Assembly: GCA_963778115.1 (NCBI GenBank)
Contig: CAVZSV010000004.1
Span: 544,001 to 608,000, forward strand
DNA length: 64,000 nt
Source of the DNA: an uncultured delta proteobacterium
Lineage (GTDB): Bacteria; Bdellovibrionota; FAC87; UBA2466
Direction of reading: 5' to 3'
Under the pieces are notes generated by a model, which did not search any database, was not told the DNA's origin, and saw only the letters and a list, made by a program, of their open reading frames with translations. Positions 25,833 through 35,565 of this stretch are shown here, piece after piece. The translations under genes were made by a program, and so were the position numbers. The first letter of the stretch is position 1. Every line of letters begins with the position of its first letter.

Positions 25833-27218
25833 CTATTGATTTTTTCCGGCCCTAAAATAAATGCGAATCGGTTGCCCTTTAAAATTGAGCTGCTTTCGTA
25901 ACTGGTTGGTCAGAAATTTTTCGTAACTGGCAGGGACCGATTGCTTGCGGTTAACGAAAAAGACGAAGGTAGGAGGCTCAGTCTTAATTTGACTGGCATA
26001 TAGAATATTGAAATTTTGGTTTCCCGTCGACGGAGGAGGATTTCTGGCAACAATTCTTTCGACCACTTCGTTAAGGCGGGAGGTCTTAACTCTTTTTCGC
26101 GCAGTCCTAGCCATCTTCCACGCCAGCGGTAAAATCTGAGCGACATTAAAGCCGGTCAGTCCACTAAGGGGAAGCGTTCGAAATTGCTCGAGCGCTGTCG
26201 AAAACTCACTATCTTCCAAAAAGTGCTTTCGTTGTGATGCAGTTAGTTGGTCCCAGAAATTAAGCAAAACGATGGTAGGCTTTCCCTCGTTTTCGATAAG
26301 CGAGAGTAAGCGCATGTCTTGATCCGATACCTCTTCGTGGCAAGCAAACATCAAAAGCACGATATCCGCGGCCCTAATCGCTCGGGTCGAAGCATTGATC
26401 GAAAATACTTCAAGCTCGCTCTTTTGCGTTCGAGGCCGGCGCATTCCCGCCGTATCAACAAACCTGACAAGGCCTTCGGGAGTGACCATTTCGAAGCTCA
26501 CCGCATCCCTGGTCGTAAGGGGTGTTGGACTTACTCGAGAAACCTTTTCTCCGCAGAGTCGGTTCATCAAAGTCGATTTTCCCGTGTTGGGTTTTCCGAT
26601 AAGAGCGATACTTAAGGTCTCGGGCTTTTGATCTGGCTCTTTTTCTTCGCGAAGCGGTTCCGTAGGAAGCTCTGGACTAACCGAAAGATTATTGATCAAA
26701 CGCTCAAGCCCAGGGCTTTTGGGAGCTTCCGCTTTGCTCTTTAAGGCCTGAGCCGCACACCAGTCCTTAACCTCAGAGAGATTGTGCCGATGGGCCGCCG
26801 AGATAGGCAACATCTGATCGAATTGAAGTTCGGCAAAGAATGTTTCGGACTCCGAACGTTTGGCTTCCGACTTATTAACGCAAAGAAGTGCCGGCACTCC
26901 GGCCAAATGAATCTCACGCGCCAAAAACCGGTCGAAAGGGGTTGGCCCCACCAAAGCGTCCACGACGAAAAGACAGGCATCCGCTTTGCCTAAGATATTG
27001 CCCAAAGCTTCCGAATCGGACTCGTCATTCACCCCCAAAGTATCCATGATCCTAAGAGCGACTGAATTCCATTCTACCTTTTCAGAGATTTGATCGAGGG
27101 TGGTGCCAGGCAAATCGAGCACGATGCTGCGCCGATACCCTAAAAGGGCATTAAAAAGACTCGACTTACCGACGTTGGGACGTCCGACGATAGCTACCGT
27201 GAATAAGGGGGGAGGCAT
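25833..27218 (-). CDS. der: Ribosome biogenesis GTPase Der (divergent)
   Basis: Two G domains (GRPNVGKS; GKPNTGKS with TTRD and DTAG) plus a KH-like C-terminus (YASQ..PPTFVFF..GQPIRI). Follows era. Confidence 0.9.
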   Translation of the reverse strand: MPPPLFTVAIVGRPNVGKSSLFNALLGYRRSIVLDLPGTTLDQISEKVEWNSVALRIMDTLGVNDESDSEALGNILGKADACLFVVDALVGPTPFDRFLAREIHLAGVPALLCVNKSEAKRSESETFFAELQFDQMLPISAAHRHNLSEVKDWCAAQALKSKAEAPKSPGLERLINNLSVSPELPTEPLREEKEPDQKPETLSIALIGKPNTGKSTLMNRLCGEKVSRVSPTPLTTRDAVSFEMVTPEGLVRFVDTAGMRRPRTQKSELEVFSINASTRAIRAADIVLLMFACHEEVSDQDMRLLSLIENEGKPTIVLLNFWDQLTASQRKHFLEDSEFSTALEQFRTLPLSGLTGFNVAQILPLAWKMARTARKRVKTSRLNEVVERIVARNPPPSTGNQNFNILYASQIKTEPPTFVFFVNRKQSVPASYEKFLTNQLRKQLNFKGQPIRIYFRAGKNQ

Positions 27219-28123
27219 TAGTTTAGCTCCAAATAGCGGTGGAGCTTGTCCGCATCATCCCGCCACTGTCCTTCCACATGGACATGAAGCTTTAAGCAAA
27301 TCTGATGTCCCAAAATCTTTTCAATGTCCTGACGAGCGGCGATCCCTATTTTCTTCAAGGTCTCGCCCCCTTTTCCAATTAAGATCCCTTTTCGGGAATC
27401 CGAATCGACATGAAGAACCGCGCGATAAGTGGGAACTCGCGCTGCCTGGGGATCCGCCCCCTCCTCTTCCATCTCCACATAGACGGAATAGGGAATCTCC
27501 TGGCGTGTGGTCAGAAAGACTTTCTCTCGGATAAGTTCCGACATACGAAAAGCAATCGTCCGATCGGTGAGCTGCCCTTTTTCGTAATAGGGGTGATCGG
27601 ATATCAGTCTGGGAACCAAGATTTTCACTAATCTCTCAACACCGTCTCTCTTCTGAGCTGAGATAGGAATGATTTCGGAAAAAAGCTTTTTGTCGTGCAG
27701 TCTCTGAATCAAAGGAAGTAATTCACCCTTAGGCATCAGATCGATCTTATTGAGCAGACAGATTCGATCTTCGACCTTTTTCAGCTTCGAAATTCGGTTC
27801 TCCAGTTTCTCAACCTGGTCAAAGACTCGATTCGACGAAGCGTCGAACACCCATAAAAGAAGGTCACATTCCTCAGCGGCATGATCGGCCACACGATTAA
27901 GAAGTCTGGGAATCGTTTCTGGATAGCGTTGAAATCCGGGAGTATCGATAAAGATTAGCTGGTAATTCTTACCGTTTACGATCCCCTTGAGCGCGTGCTG
28001 AGTGGTTTGAGGAAGTTTAGAAACAATACTGAGTTTCTCTCCTACCAACGAATTTAGTAGGGTAGACTTTCCGGAATTGGTCGGTCCTACTATTCCGACA
28101 AAGCCACTTTTGAAATCTGACAT
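27218..28123 (-). CDS. era: GTPase Era
   Basis: KSGFVGIVGPTNSGKSTL, PQTT, DTPG, NKID, EIPYS and ILIGKGG. Confidence 0.95.
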   Translation of the reverse strand: MSDFKSGFVGIVGPTNSGKSTLLNSLVGEKLSIVSKLPQTTQHALKGIVNGKNYQLIFIDTPGFQRYPETIPRLLNRVADHAAEECDLLLWVFDASSNRVFDQVEKLENRISKLKKVEDRICLLNKIDLMPKGELLPLIQRLHDKKLFSEIIPISAQKRDGVERLVKILVPRLISDHPYYEKGQLTDRTIAFRMSELIREKVFLTTRQEIPYSVYVEMEEEGADPQAARVPTYRAVLHVDSDSRKGILIGKGGETLKKIGIAARQDIEKILGHQICLKLHVHVEGQWRDDADKLHRYLELN

Positions 28124-28144
28124 AAACCGTCCTAACTAATCCCT

Positions 28145-28864
28145 TTAAAACCCCAAGATCTCTAAAGCAAGACTCGCCGCCTGCTGCTCGGCATCCTTCT
28201 TACTTCGACCGTCGCCATGAGCAATGACTCGGCCATCTATTACGATCTCCACTCGAAATACCTTTTGGTGCTCCGGACCCCAGGCTTCTACTAATCTATA
28301 GATAGGGGCCGTCTTATAGACCGATTGTGTTTTCTCTTGTAGATGGGTCTTTTTGTCGATCAAAGTGAAGCTGCTGTCGCTACCCTCGGTAATTCCTCGT
28401 AACAAGCCATCATAAATATTCTGCAAAAACCGCGCTGCGGGCTCGATGCCGCCATCCAAATAGACGGAGCCCACTATCGCTTCTAAAACAGCAGCCAGGA
28501 TGGATCGCTTTTCAGCACCGCCTGTCTGCTTCTCTCCGCGTCCTAACCGAACACATTCGCCGAGCCTCAACTCCTGGGCGATTTCAGCTAGAGTCTTTCG
28601 ACTCACCAGGCTACTTCGCCACCTAGAAAGTTTGCCTTCCGAAGCCCCAGGAAACAGCTCCATAAGCTCCTTGGCGATGACAAGCCCGATGACGGCGTCG
28701 CCCAAGAACTCCAGACGTTCATTGTCGGGTACCAGTTCCGCCAAAGCATCGTTGGCGGCACTTTCGTTAGAGAAGGAAGAATGGGTGAGCGCTTGGATTC
28801 CAAGCTCGCGATCTTCAAATCGATAGCCCAGTATCTCTTCAATCGCTTCCAGACGTTCAGCCAC
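28145..28864 (-). CDS. rnc: Ribonuclease III
   Basis: NERLEFLGDAV signature plus dsRBD (GRSKKDAEQQAA). Confidence 0.96.
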   Translation of the reverse strand: MAERLEAIEEILGYRFEDRELGIQALTHSSFSNESAANDALAELVPDNERLEFLGDAVIGLVIAKELMELFPGASEGKLSRWRSSLVSRKTLAEIAQELRLGECVRLGRGEKQTGGAEKRSILAAVLEAIVGSVYLDGGIEPAARFLQNIYDGLLRGITEGSDSSFTLIDKKTHLQEKTQSVYKTAPIYRLVEAWGPEHQKVFRVEIVIDGRVIAHGDGRSKKDAEQQAASLALEILGF

Positions 28865-29224
28865 GTTGCGAAAGTCGGAATGTCCTTTTTCCGCCAGAAT
28901 TCACCTCTCGACCAATCAGTAGACGAGTCGCGAATTCTGAATAATCCCGTTAACGCTCAAACCGTAAACGCGATAATTCAAAACGCGAGTCAATCGTCAA
29001 TTCATGCCAGTCTTTTTTGGTTAGCACGAAAGCGGCCCGTACGAAACAGCGCGTAAAAAGGCCGGTAATCCTTCTACCACAATCCAACTCAACGGGACAA
29101 CTCTATGGTAGAATTTTTCAGCAGTTTTACTTGGTTAGCTCTCTAATGGTAGGCTAGAAGGTCAGTCGCTTCGTTGACAACGGGTCAGGGACGGGGCTAA
29201 AGAAAGAAAACGTCAGCTCTTTTT

Positions 29225-30154
29225 ATGAACACAATTCCGTCGAAACGTCAGTCCGGTTTTTCACCTGATGACTCCATTGAAATCACCATTGCCCCCAATG
29301 CCGGAGCCTGCTTTGGGGTCGTGCGAGCCATTAAGTTGGGGCACCAGGCACTAAAGCGGGCGGCCGTTCCTGGTGCTAAAAACCCAAATGTCTATTCGTT
29401 CGGCCCTCTGATTCACAATCCTAAGGTCGTCAAAGAGTTCGAGGATGCAGGCGTAAAGATTGTGAACGACGCTTCCGAGGTGGTCCGGGGAACGGTGGTA
29501 TTGCGATCGCATGGGGTTCAAAAAACTTATGAAAAGGAGCTACGGGACCGGGGGGTTCAGATTGTGGACGCGACCTGTCCGTTAGTTAAAAAGCCCCAAC
29601 GAATAGCCACGAGCCTGGGAGAGGATGGGTATTTTCTAATTCTGGTCGGAGATCCCAACCATCCCGAGGTCAAAGGGGTGGTCAGTTATTTTGGAAAGCC
29701 GGACTATTTGGTGACCTACCAACCCGAGGAGGTGCTAAACATCCCCGAGTCCGTCGAAAAGGTGGGCATTATTGCTCAGACTACGATTGAAGTAGGCGTT
29801 CTTGACCAAGTCATCGAAAAAGCCCGAGCTCGTTTTAAGGAAGTGGCAGTCTATAACACGATTTGTGACGCCACTTCCATCAGGCAGACGGAAGCCCTCA
29901 ATCTTGCCAGGACCGCGGATATCGTCATCGTAGTCGGCGGAAAAAACAGCAGCAATACGTGCAAGCTGGTTAAAATTTGCAAGACATTTCAGCAAAACAC
30001 GTATCACATAGAGGAAATGTCCGAGATCGATCCGGTATGGTTCGTCGGCAAACGAAAAATCGGCGTTACGGGTGGAGCTTCGACTCCCCACGAGAACGTT
30101 GACTCCGTGGGCAGTTACGTGGCGTCCCTCCTTCAATCGCAAATCGAACATTAG
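29225..30154 (+). CDS. ispH: 4-hydroxy-3-methylbut-2-enyl diphosphate reductase
   Basis: GACFGVVRA, LIHN, RSHG, DATCPLV, HPEV, TICDAT, SSNT and GASTP. Confidence 0.96.
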   Translation: MNTIPSKRQSGFSPDDSIEITIAPNAGACFGVVRAIKLGHQALKRAAVPGAKNPNVYSFGPLIHNPKVVKEFEDAGVKIVNDASEVVRGTVVLRSHGVQKTYEKELRDRGVQIVDATCPLVKKPQRIATSLGEDGYFLILVGDPNHPEVKGVVSYFGKPDYLVTYQPEEVLNIPESVEKVGIIAQTTIEVGVLDQVIEKARARFKEVAVYNTICDATSIRQTEALNLARTADIVIVVGGKNSSNTCKLVKICKTFQQNTYHIEEMSEIDPVWFVGKRKIGVTGGASTPHENVDSVGSYVASLLQSQIEH

Positions 30155-30169
30155 AAGTTGTGAACCGAA

Positions 30170-31202
30170 ATGGAAAATTCTTTTTTAATACGCAGTGTGC
30201 GAGAAGAAGATCTCGAAGAGTTGGTTCAGCTGAGTCAGCTGGTCTATTTCATTAACTTACCGTCCGATCGAGACGTCCTTAAAGAAAAGATTCGAGTAAG
30301 TATCGACTCCTTCAGTGGGGCTATCGTCGATAAATTTGCCCGGGAATACATTTTTGTGTTGGAAAAGACCGATGATAAGTCGCTAGTGGGAACATCCATG
30401 GTCATTGCCCGCCACGGAAATATCGCGACTCCCCATATGTATTTCCATCTCAAAGAGATTCAAAAATACAGCGAGACTTTACACGGAGGCTTTATTCATA
30501 AAGTCCTCCAACTCAAATTCGATACCGATGGCCCGACGGAAATCGGAGGGCTTGTGATTAACCCCAACTACCGGGGACACAAGTCCAAGTTAGGCAGGCA
30601 GTTGTCCTATGCGCGTTTCTTGTTCATCAAAATGAAGCGCCGAAGCTTCAAAAATCACGTGCTTTCGGAACTAATGCCTCCCCTAACGGAAAGCGGGGAG
30701 AGTATTTTATGGGAAGCGGTGGGACGTCGTTTCACGAATCTCGCGTATCAGGAAGCCGATGAGCTCTCACGTAAGAACAAAGAGTTTGTAACGTCACTGT
30801 TTCCCAAGGGCGACATCTATACATGCCTTCTTTCGGGGGAAGCTCGCGACGCCATTGGGAAGGTGGGCGAAGGGGCCGAGCCGGTAAAGCACATGCTGGA
30901 AGCGATTGGCTTTCAATGGAAAGAGCACATCGATCCGTTCGACGGCGGCCCCCACTATTGGGCGGAAACCGACAAAATTACCATCGTTCGTGACTCCAAA
31001 AAGTTTACCGTCCACCGGGACGTCTTAAAAAAGAAGCCCAAAGAGGCAGCCCTTTGCGGTTTTTTTCTTCGAAGACGAGTTTAGGTGTGTTCAAACGTCC
31101 TACGAAGTCAGTAAGTCTTTAGTTCATCTGCCCAAACATGCCATCGAGATGTTGGGAGTGGTTCCCGGCAAAGATACCGTCACCCTCATGCCTTTGGGCT
31201 AA
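30170..31202 (+). CDS. astA: Arginine N-succinyltransferase, with a frameshift near the C-terminus
   Basis: NLPSD, GTSMV, TEIGGL, GRQLSYARFLFI, LWEAVGRRF, EADELS and IDPFDGGP. The frame breaks at the T-run near 31059-31067; the AstA-like tail EFRCV...LGVVPGKDTVTLMPLG ends at 31202 in another frame. Confidence 0.88.
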
Positions 31203-31410
31203 CGCGATGCGCGCCCCGGTTTGACCGCCTTCAACCCCATGGTTATCATGGATTCGTACATCGTTCTTGCCCCTCCGGTCGTCCAGGTTCATGGCGTATC
31301 GCGTCATGTGAGAGGCGTTAAAGCGCTAACTCTGGACCGCAACATTGCGTCTCAGGCAAGTCTGTAACATGAGCAGCGCCGATGGCGGCGTCACCTCAGC
31401 GGAGCATAAA

Positions 31411-32937
31411 GTGAAAGAATCTCAAGTGTTTAGAGGAAGCTATCTACAGGGTCAGTTTGTCAAAATCGTTGACCCCAATGGCGAGCTTAAGAGCCAGAAC
31501 CCGGGTGATCTGGAGCACGGAGTGACGACCATTCCGTTTAGCTTTGAGCATGTGGATGAAGCGGTAACGGCGGCTCAGCAGAGTTTTCCAAGCTGGAAAA
31601 GGCTGAATGTAGCGGATCGATTGTCCGCGATTCGCCGTTATGCGGACTTATTAAAGAAGAGTCGTGAGAACCTAGCGACCTGTCTTTCCAAAGAGATTGG
31701 CAAGCCCCTGTGGGAATCGCTTCAAGAGGTCGATGCGACACTTAAGCTCATTGAAGACGCCATCACGATCGGCAGTCAAACTACCAACGAGATCCGTATC
31801 GAAAATGTAGATGCACAGAGTGAAGGGGTGGTTCGATTTTTCCCTCGTGGTGTCATGGCGATTGTAACTCCCCCCCCGCTCCCTTTATTTACTCCGCACG
31901 CTCAGATGATTCCTTGTCTGATTAATGGAAACGTCGTGGTTCTAAAAGCATCCCAACACGCCCCTTTCACCGGACAAATGATTTCGGAACTCTTTCATGA
32001 CTCGGGCCTACCCGCGGGCGCCGTTAATGTCATCCACGGAGAGGCTGAAGTCGCTCGTCGGTTAGTGAGCCATAGTGCGATTGACGGAATTTTCATGAGT
32101 GGGGCTTTCGAAGGGGGAGGCAAACTCCAAAAGGTTTTGAGCGATTACTGGAAAGTCGTTGTCCTGGAAATGGGCTCTAAGAATGCGACGGTGATTTGGG
32201 ACGATTGTTCCTACGATAGAGCGTTGCACGAAACCCTTTACTCTTCGTTCGTTACTTCGGGACAACGAGTGACAAACGCGCATCGAGTCCTCATTCACGA
32301 AAAGATTTTCGATAAGTTCGTACAAGATTTTCATAAACTCGCTAAAAAGATCCGCGTCGGTTACGGATTAACAGCAGGAAAAGAGGCTCCGTTTTTGGGA
32401 CCTCTTATCAGTGAAGAGTCGTTAGAGCACTACTTGAGATACCAAGGAATAGCTGTCCGAGAAGGCTGTGAAGAGATCATGCGAGGCAAGACCTTGGAAA
32501 GAGATACCAGAGGACATTACGTATCTCCATCGATTCACTTGGTCACAAAACCGGATCCCAAGAGCGTTTACCAAAAGACGGAAATCACAGGCCCTAACGT
32601 CGCCCTTTTCAAAGTGTCTGATTTGGATGAAGTCGCGGATATCGTGAACCAGACTCAGTTTGGAGTAGCGGCGTCGATTTATACTTCCAATCGAGAGACC
32701 TACTTGCGCCTTATCGAAGAGGCCACCGCGGGACTTCTTTATTGGAACCGTCCGACGGTGGAATCCACTTTTCGCCTTCCTTACGGAGGGCTCAAGAAGA
32801 GTGCGAATGCACGGCCCATGGGAAGTTTTAGCGGATATCAATGCACTTATCCCGTGGCTTCGTTGGAAGACAAGCACGACAACCCCCGCAAAGGGACAAA
32901 GAGTTTACCGGAAACGTTACCTAGGTTGGAGGAATGA
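31411..32937 (+). CDS. AstD-like aldehyde dehydrogenase-fold protein lacking the catalytic Cys
   Basis: EIGKPLWES, PRGVMA, LEMGSKNA, SGQRVT (Cys replaced by Val), EITGP and PYGGLKKS. GGAG RBS before GTG 31411. Confidence 0.85.
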   Translation: MKESQVFRGSYLQGQFVKIVDPNGELKSQNPGDLEHGVTTIPFSFEHVDEAVTAAQQSFPSWKRLNVADRLSAIRRYADLLKKSRENLATCLSKEIGKPLWESLQEVDATLKLIEDAITIGSQTTNEIRIENVDAQSEGVVRFFPRGVMAIVTPPPLPLFTPHAQMIPCLINGNVVVLKASQHAPFTGQMISELFHDSGLPAGAVNVIHGEAEVARRLVSHSAIDGIFMSGAFEGGGKLQKVLSDYWKVVVLEMGSKNATVIWDDCSYDRALHETLYSSFVTSGQRVTNAHRVLIHEKIFDKFVQDFHKLAKKIRVGYGLTAGKEAPFLGPLISEESLEHYLRYQGIAVREGCEEIMRGKTLERDTRGHYVSPSIHLVTKPDPKSVYQKTEITGPNVALFKVSDLDEVADIVNQTQFGVAASIYTSNRETYLRLIEEATAGLLYWNRPTVESTFRLPYGGLKKSANARPMGSFSGYQCTYPVASLEDKHDNPRKGTKSLPETLPRLEE

Positions 32938-33987
32938 ATGGATACCAAAACGCGCATCCTGCTGTTAAGGCCTGACAAGGCTGGGGATGCTTTGAAAACT
33001 CTGCCCGTCCTGCGCTTACTGCGCATGCACTTTCCCTTTGTGGAGTTTCATCTTTTGGCGTCAGAACACAATGCGTCCCTGTTTGCTTTCGAACCGGGGT
33101 ACTCCGTGCATGTACTGCCCAAGCAGTGGAAGAGAATGAAAGGAGAAAAGATCCGGGCTCTGTTTACCAATGTCGGCGTCGATCGCTTCACCAAAGTTAT
33201 CAATCTGCTGTGCGATCCCAGTGACGGCATGCGGCTACTGCTTTCGAGCATCACGGCCGATCACAAATATTCGACTAGCCTCGAACCTCTGGAAGGGATT
33301 ATCCCTCTGTTACTTCCGGAGGAAACACCCGCTCACAGAAACGAAACCGAAAACATCGCTATTTTCGTGGGACAAGCGATGGGAGTGGATCTGACTAAAC
33401 GCATCTCCGAAGGGCCGCTTAGTCCTATCCTTTCTGAAGTCGACCGCACGGAAGCCCAAGAAAAAATGGGCCCCAAGCACGGACTGTGGTTGGGATTTTG
33501 TCCCATGGCGGGGCTGAAAACGCGCATGCACTCCACCAAACGTTGGCAGAAGCTGGTCCAGCGGGCGACATCACAGGACGAGTTCGAAAAGTTTTTCCTC
33601 TTTGGAACTCCCTCCGACTATCGTGTATTGGAACAGCTGCGAGATATTGCGGAACAGCCAGAGAAAATTGAGCTTTGCTTTCCCTCGACATTCCGAACCT
33701 TGGGCGCCTACTTGGAACGCCTTGACGGTGTCATAGCGGTCGATTCCGGTCCGCTGCACCTTGCTCGATCTTTAGGAGTGAAGTCACTAGGCATCTTAAG
33801 CGGAGGGGATACGCAAAGATGGTTTCCCAACCTTCGCGAAGGAGAGCGCATTTTAAAACGCGGTATCTTTAACCGTTTTCCCACAAGCTTCGAAATCATT
33901 TGGGCTTATGACAAATGGAGAGCGGAGCTACTCGATCACCATCCGATGAAGTCTCTGGAAAGTATAGCGGCGGCACGCCCGGCATGA
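32938..33987 (+). CDS. Glycosyltransferase family 9 (LPS heptosyltransferase-like)
   Basis: ILLLRPDKAGDAL..LP and IAVDSGPLHLA. Confidence 0.85.
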   Translation: MDTKTRILLLRPDKAGDALKTLPVLRLLRMHFPFVEFHLLASEHNASLFAFEPGYSVHVLPKQWKRMKGEKIRALFTNVGVDRFTKVINLLCDPSDGMRLLLSSITADHKYSTSLEPLEGIIPLLLPEETPAHRNETENIAIFVGQAMGVDLTKRISEGPLSPILSEVDRTEAQEKMGPKHGLWLGFCPMAGLKTRMHSTKRWQKLVQRATSQDEFEKFFLFGTPSDYRVLEQLRDIAEQPEKIELCFPSTFRTLGAYLERLDGVIAVDSGPLHLARSLGVKSLGILSGGDTQRWFPNLREGERILKRGIFNRFPTSFEIIWAYDKWRAELLDHHPMKSLESIAAARPA

Positions 33988-34084
33988 ACTCGTAAGGTGT
34001 CTCTCGTAAGGTGTCACTCTCCTTCCGGGCTCAAAAGGTACGGGTCATCTTAGGGCATGACCCGTTCCTAAAGGGCCCTAAGGG

Positions 34085-35565
34085 CTAATCATTGATCACA
34101 TCTTTCTTTAGCGAGCCACCCTTTTTCTAGAGTCAATAGTTCTGTGAGGCCCTTTCCTAGTATTTTCCAACCTGGCGGGCCATTCTGCTTAAGGTGGCCG
34201 CCGAGCCTCGCAACGGCTGAAATTGCTTCTGCGACCGTAGGATTTTCTGGGATGGGAGTTTTTGAGACCGCTCGGAGAACCGATATTTGAGTCGGGGTTA
34301 ACACTACTGTCGCCGGGGTGAGTGGCCGTTGCCTGGCTTCCGCTCGCAAGAGCAGCATTCGCCAGGCGATTGGGATAAAGATCGCCAAGGCATTGAAAAT
34401 GGTATCTTTCGATTCGAGTTGCCGTTCTTCAAAGGCACATCCAGTTTTGATCGCCTTAAAATATTCTTCGATAAGCCATCTGGCTCGATAGATATCGATC
34501 ACCTTTTCGATATCCGCGGGCGTATTGGTAGACTCGGTAGTGAGTAATTTCCAATCAATCGGCTCTGTTCCCTCCGGCGGATTGGACTCAAAGACGTGGA
34601 CAACGTTGAGTGTCACAGTCTTATTTAATCTTGCTCCATGATGGTGACCTCGTATTAGCTCCACCCTTGCCGCTGTCGCCGATAACATGGCGGTTCGTTG
34701 CTGACGAGCGGGGTAGTCTTTTCTGTTTTGAGGTAAGGGACTTTGTGCTCTTGTTCCAACTCGGACTTCTCGTTGAAGCTTTACCGGAGCGCTCTCGAGT
34801 GAGCTGTAAAGGCTCACTCCTTCTTCTAGGTTTTCGTCTGTAACCAAACGATCTCGGCAGACTCGAATCACGCAGCGACCAGATGAATCTTTTAGTTCAG
34901 AAAGTAACTCGAAGAAATCTGCCTCACGGTCCATCACGTGAATAGGTTTCGCTGCGAAGCCCAATCTCGATTCGCTGGCCACAATTCCTCGCATCCAACG
35001 CAGAGACTTTCTCGTCGGATCTTGTCGCGTTTTGGACGGGCTTTGATAGCCTTTCTTCTTCAGCTTAATCATTGGCTCAACCGCCACAACCCCAACAGGT
35101 CGATGCAAACAAGATCCCACAACTAAGGAAAAATGCCCGTAGAAACCGTCTCCCGCGGAGCGACTACCACTGAGCAAACCTAGCCCCTTACGTTTGGAAG
35201 GAAATTTGAACTCAGTCGTATCGTGGAGAACCAGAACTTCCTTTTCCAGTTTCGCTCGCAAAACCGTCTGCTCAAAATGGGATGCTAAAATCGACTCCAA
35301 ATTCACACGGGGATTACGCAGAAAACGGTAACCTCCCTCAATTCCAGCTCCTTCTCCTAAAAGCTTGGGTAAGGTCTCTTTAGGATCTTGGGCGATACCG
35401 TCAGACATGTCCATTAACCTCCGGGTGAGTCGCAGATCGCCAAAATTAGCCCCAGCGAACTCATTCGACATGGACGAAAAAAACTTAGGTTCAAGAGTAT
35501 TACTCATCTAAATGATTGATCAAATTTCACAGAGAAAGGCAAGAAAAGATATGTATGATCCTTAG
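34085..35565 (-). mobile_element. Complete IS4-family insertion sequence (1481 bp)
   Basis: Imperfect TIRs CTAATCATTGATCACATCTTT and CTAAGGATCATACATATCTTT. 9-bp target duplication CCCTAAGGG at 34076-34084 and 35566-35574. Confidence 0.9.
34089..35507 (-). CDS. IS4-family (Tn5/IS50-like) DDE transposase
   Basis: FGDLRLTRR, HDTTE, VMDREAD, YREK motif YRARWLIEEYFKAIK and ARLGG..PPGW. Confidence 0.95.
   Translation of the reverse strand: MSNTLEPKFFSSMSNEFAGANFGDLRLTRRLMDMSDGIAQDPKETLPKLLGEGAGIEGGYRFLRNPRVNLESILASHFEQTVLRAKLEKEVLVLHDTTEFKFPSKRKGLGLLSGSRSAGDGFYGHFSLVVGSCLHRPVGVVAVEPMIKLKKKGYQSPSKTRQDPTRKSLRWMRGIVASESRLGFAAKPIHVMDREADFFELLSELKDSSGRCVIRVCRDRLVTDENLEEGVSLYSSLESAPVKLQREVRVGTRAQSPLPQNRKDYPARQQRTAMLSATAARVELIRGHHHGARLNKTVTLNVVHVFESNPPEGTEPIDWKLLTTESTNTPADIEKVIDIYRARWLIEEYFKAIKTGCAFEERQLESKDTIFNALAIFIPIAWRMLLLRAEARQRPLTPATVVLTPTQISVLRAVSKTPIPENPTVAEAISAVARLGGHLKQNGPPGWKILGKGLTELLTLEKGWLAKERCDQ

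Noticed and set aside
31055..31084. Programmed ribosomal frameshift in astA
   Set aside because: It falls in a T homopolymer, and similar indels occur in unrelated genes, so sequencing error is the simpler explanation.
31323..31379. Twister ribozyme, or glycine/TPP riboswitch, suggested by GCGC-TAA-CTC, CTCAGG and TGAGA words
   Set aside because: Required conserved cores and pseudoknot pairings are absent. Kept only as an unclassified structured element.
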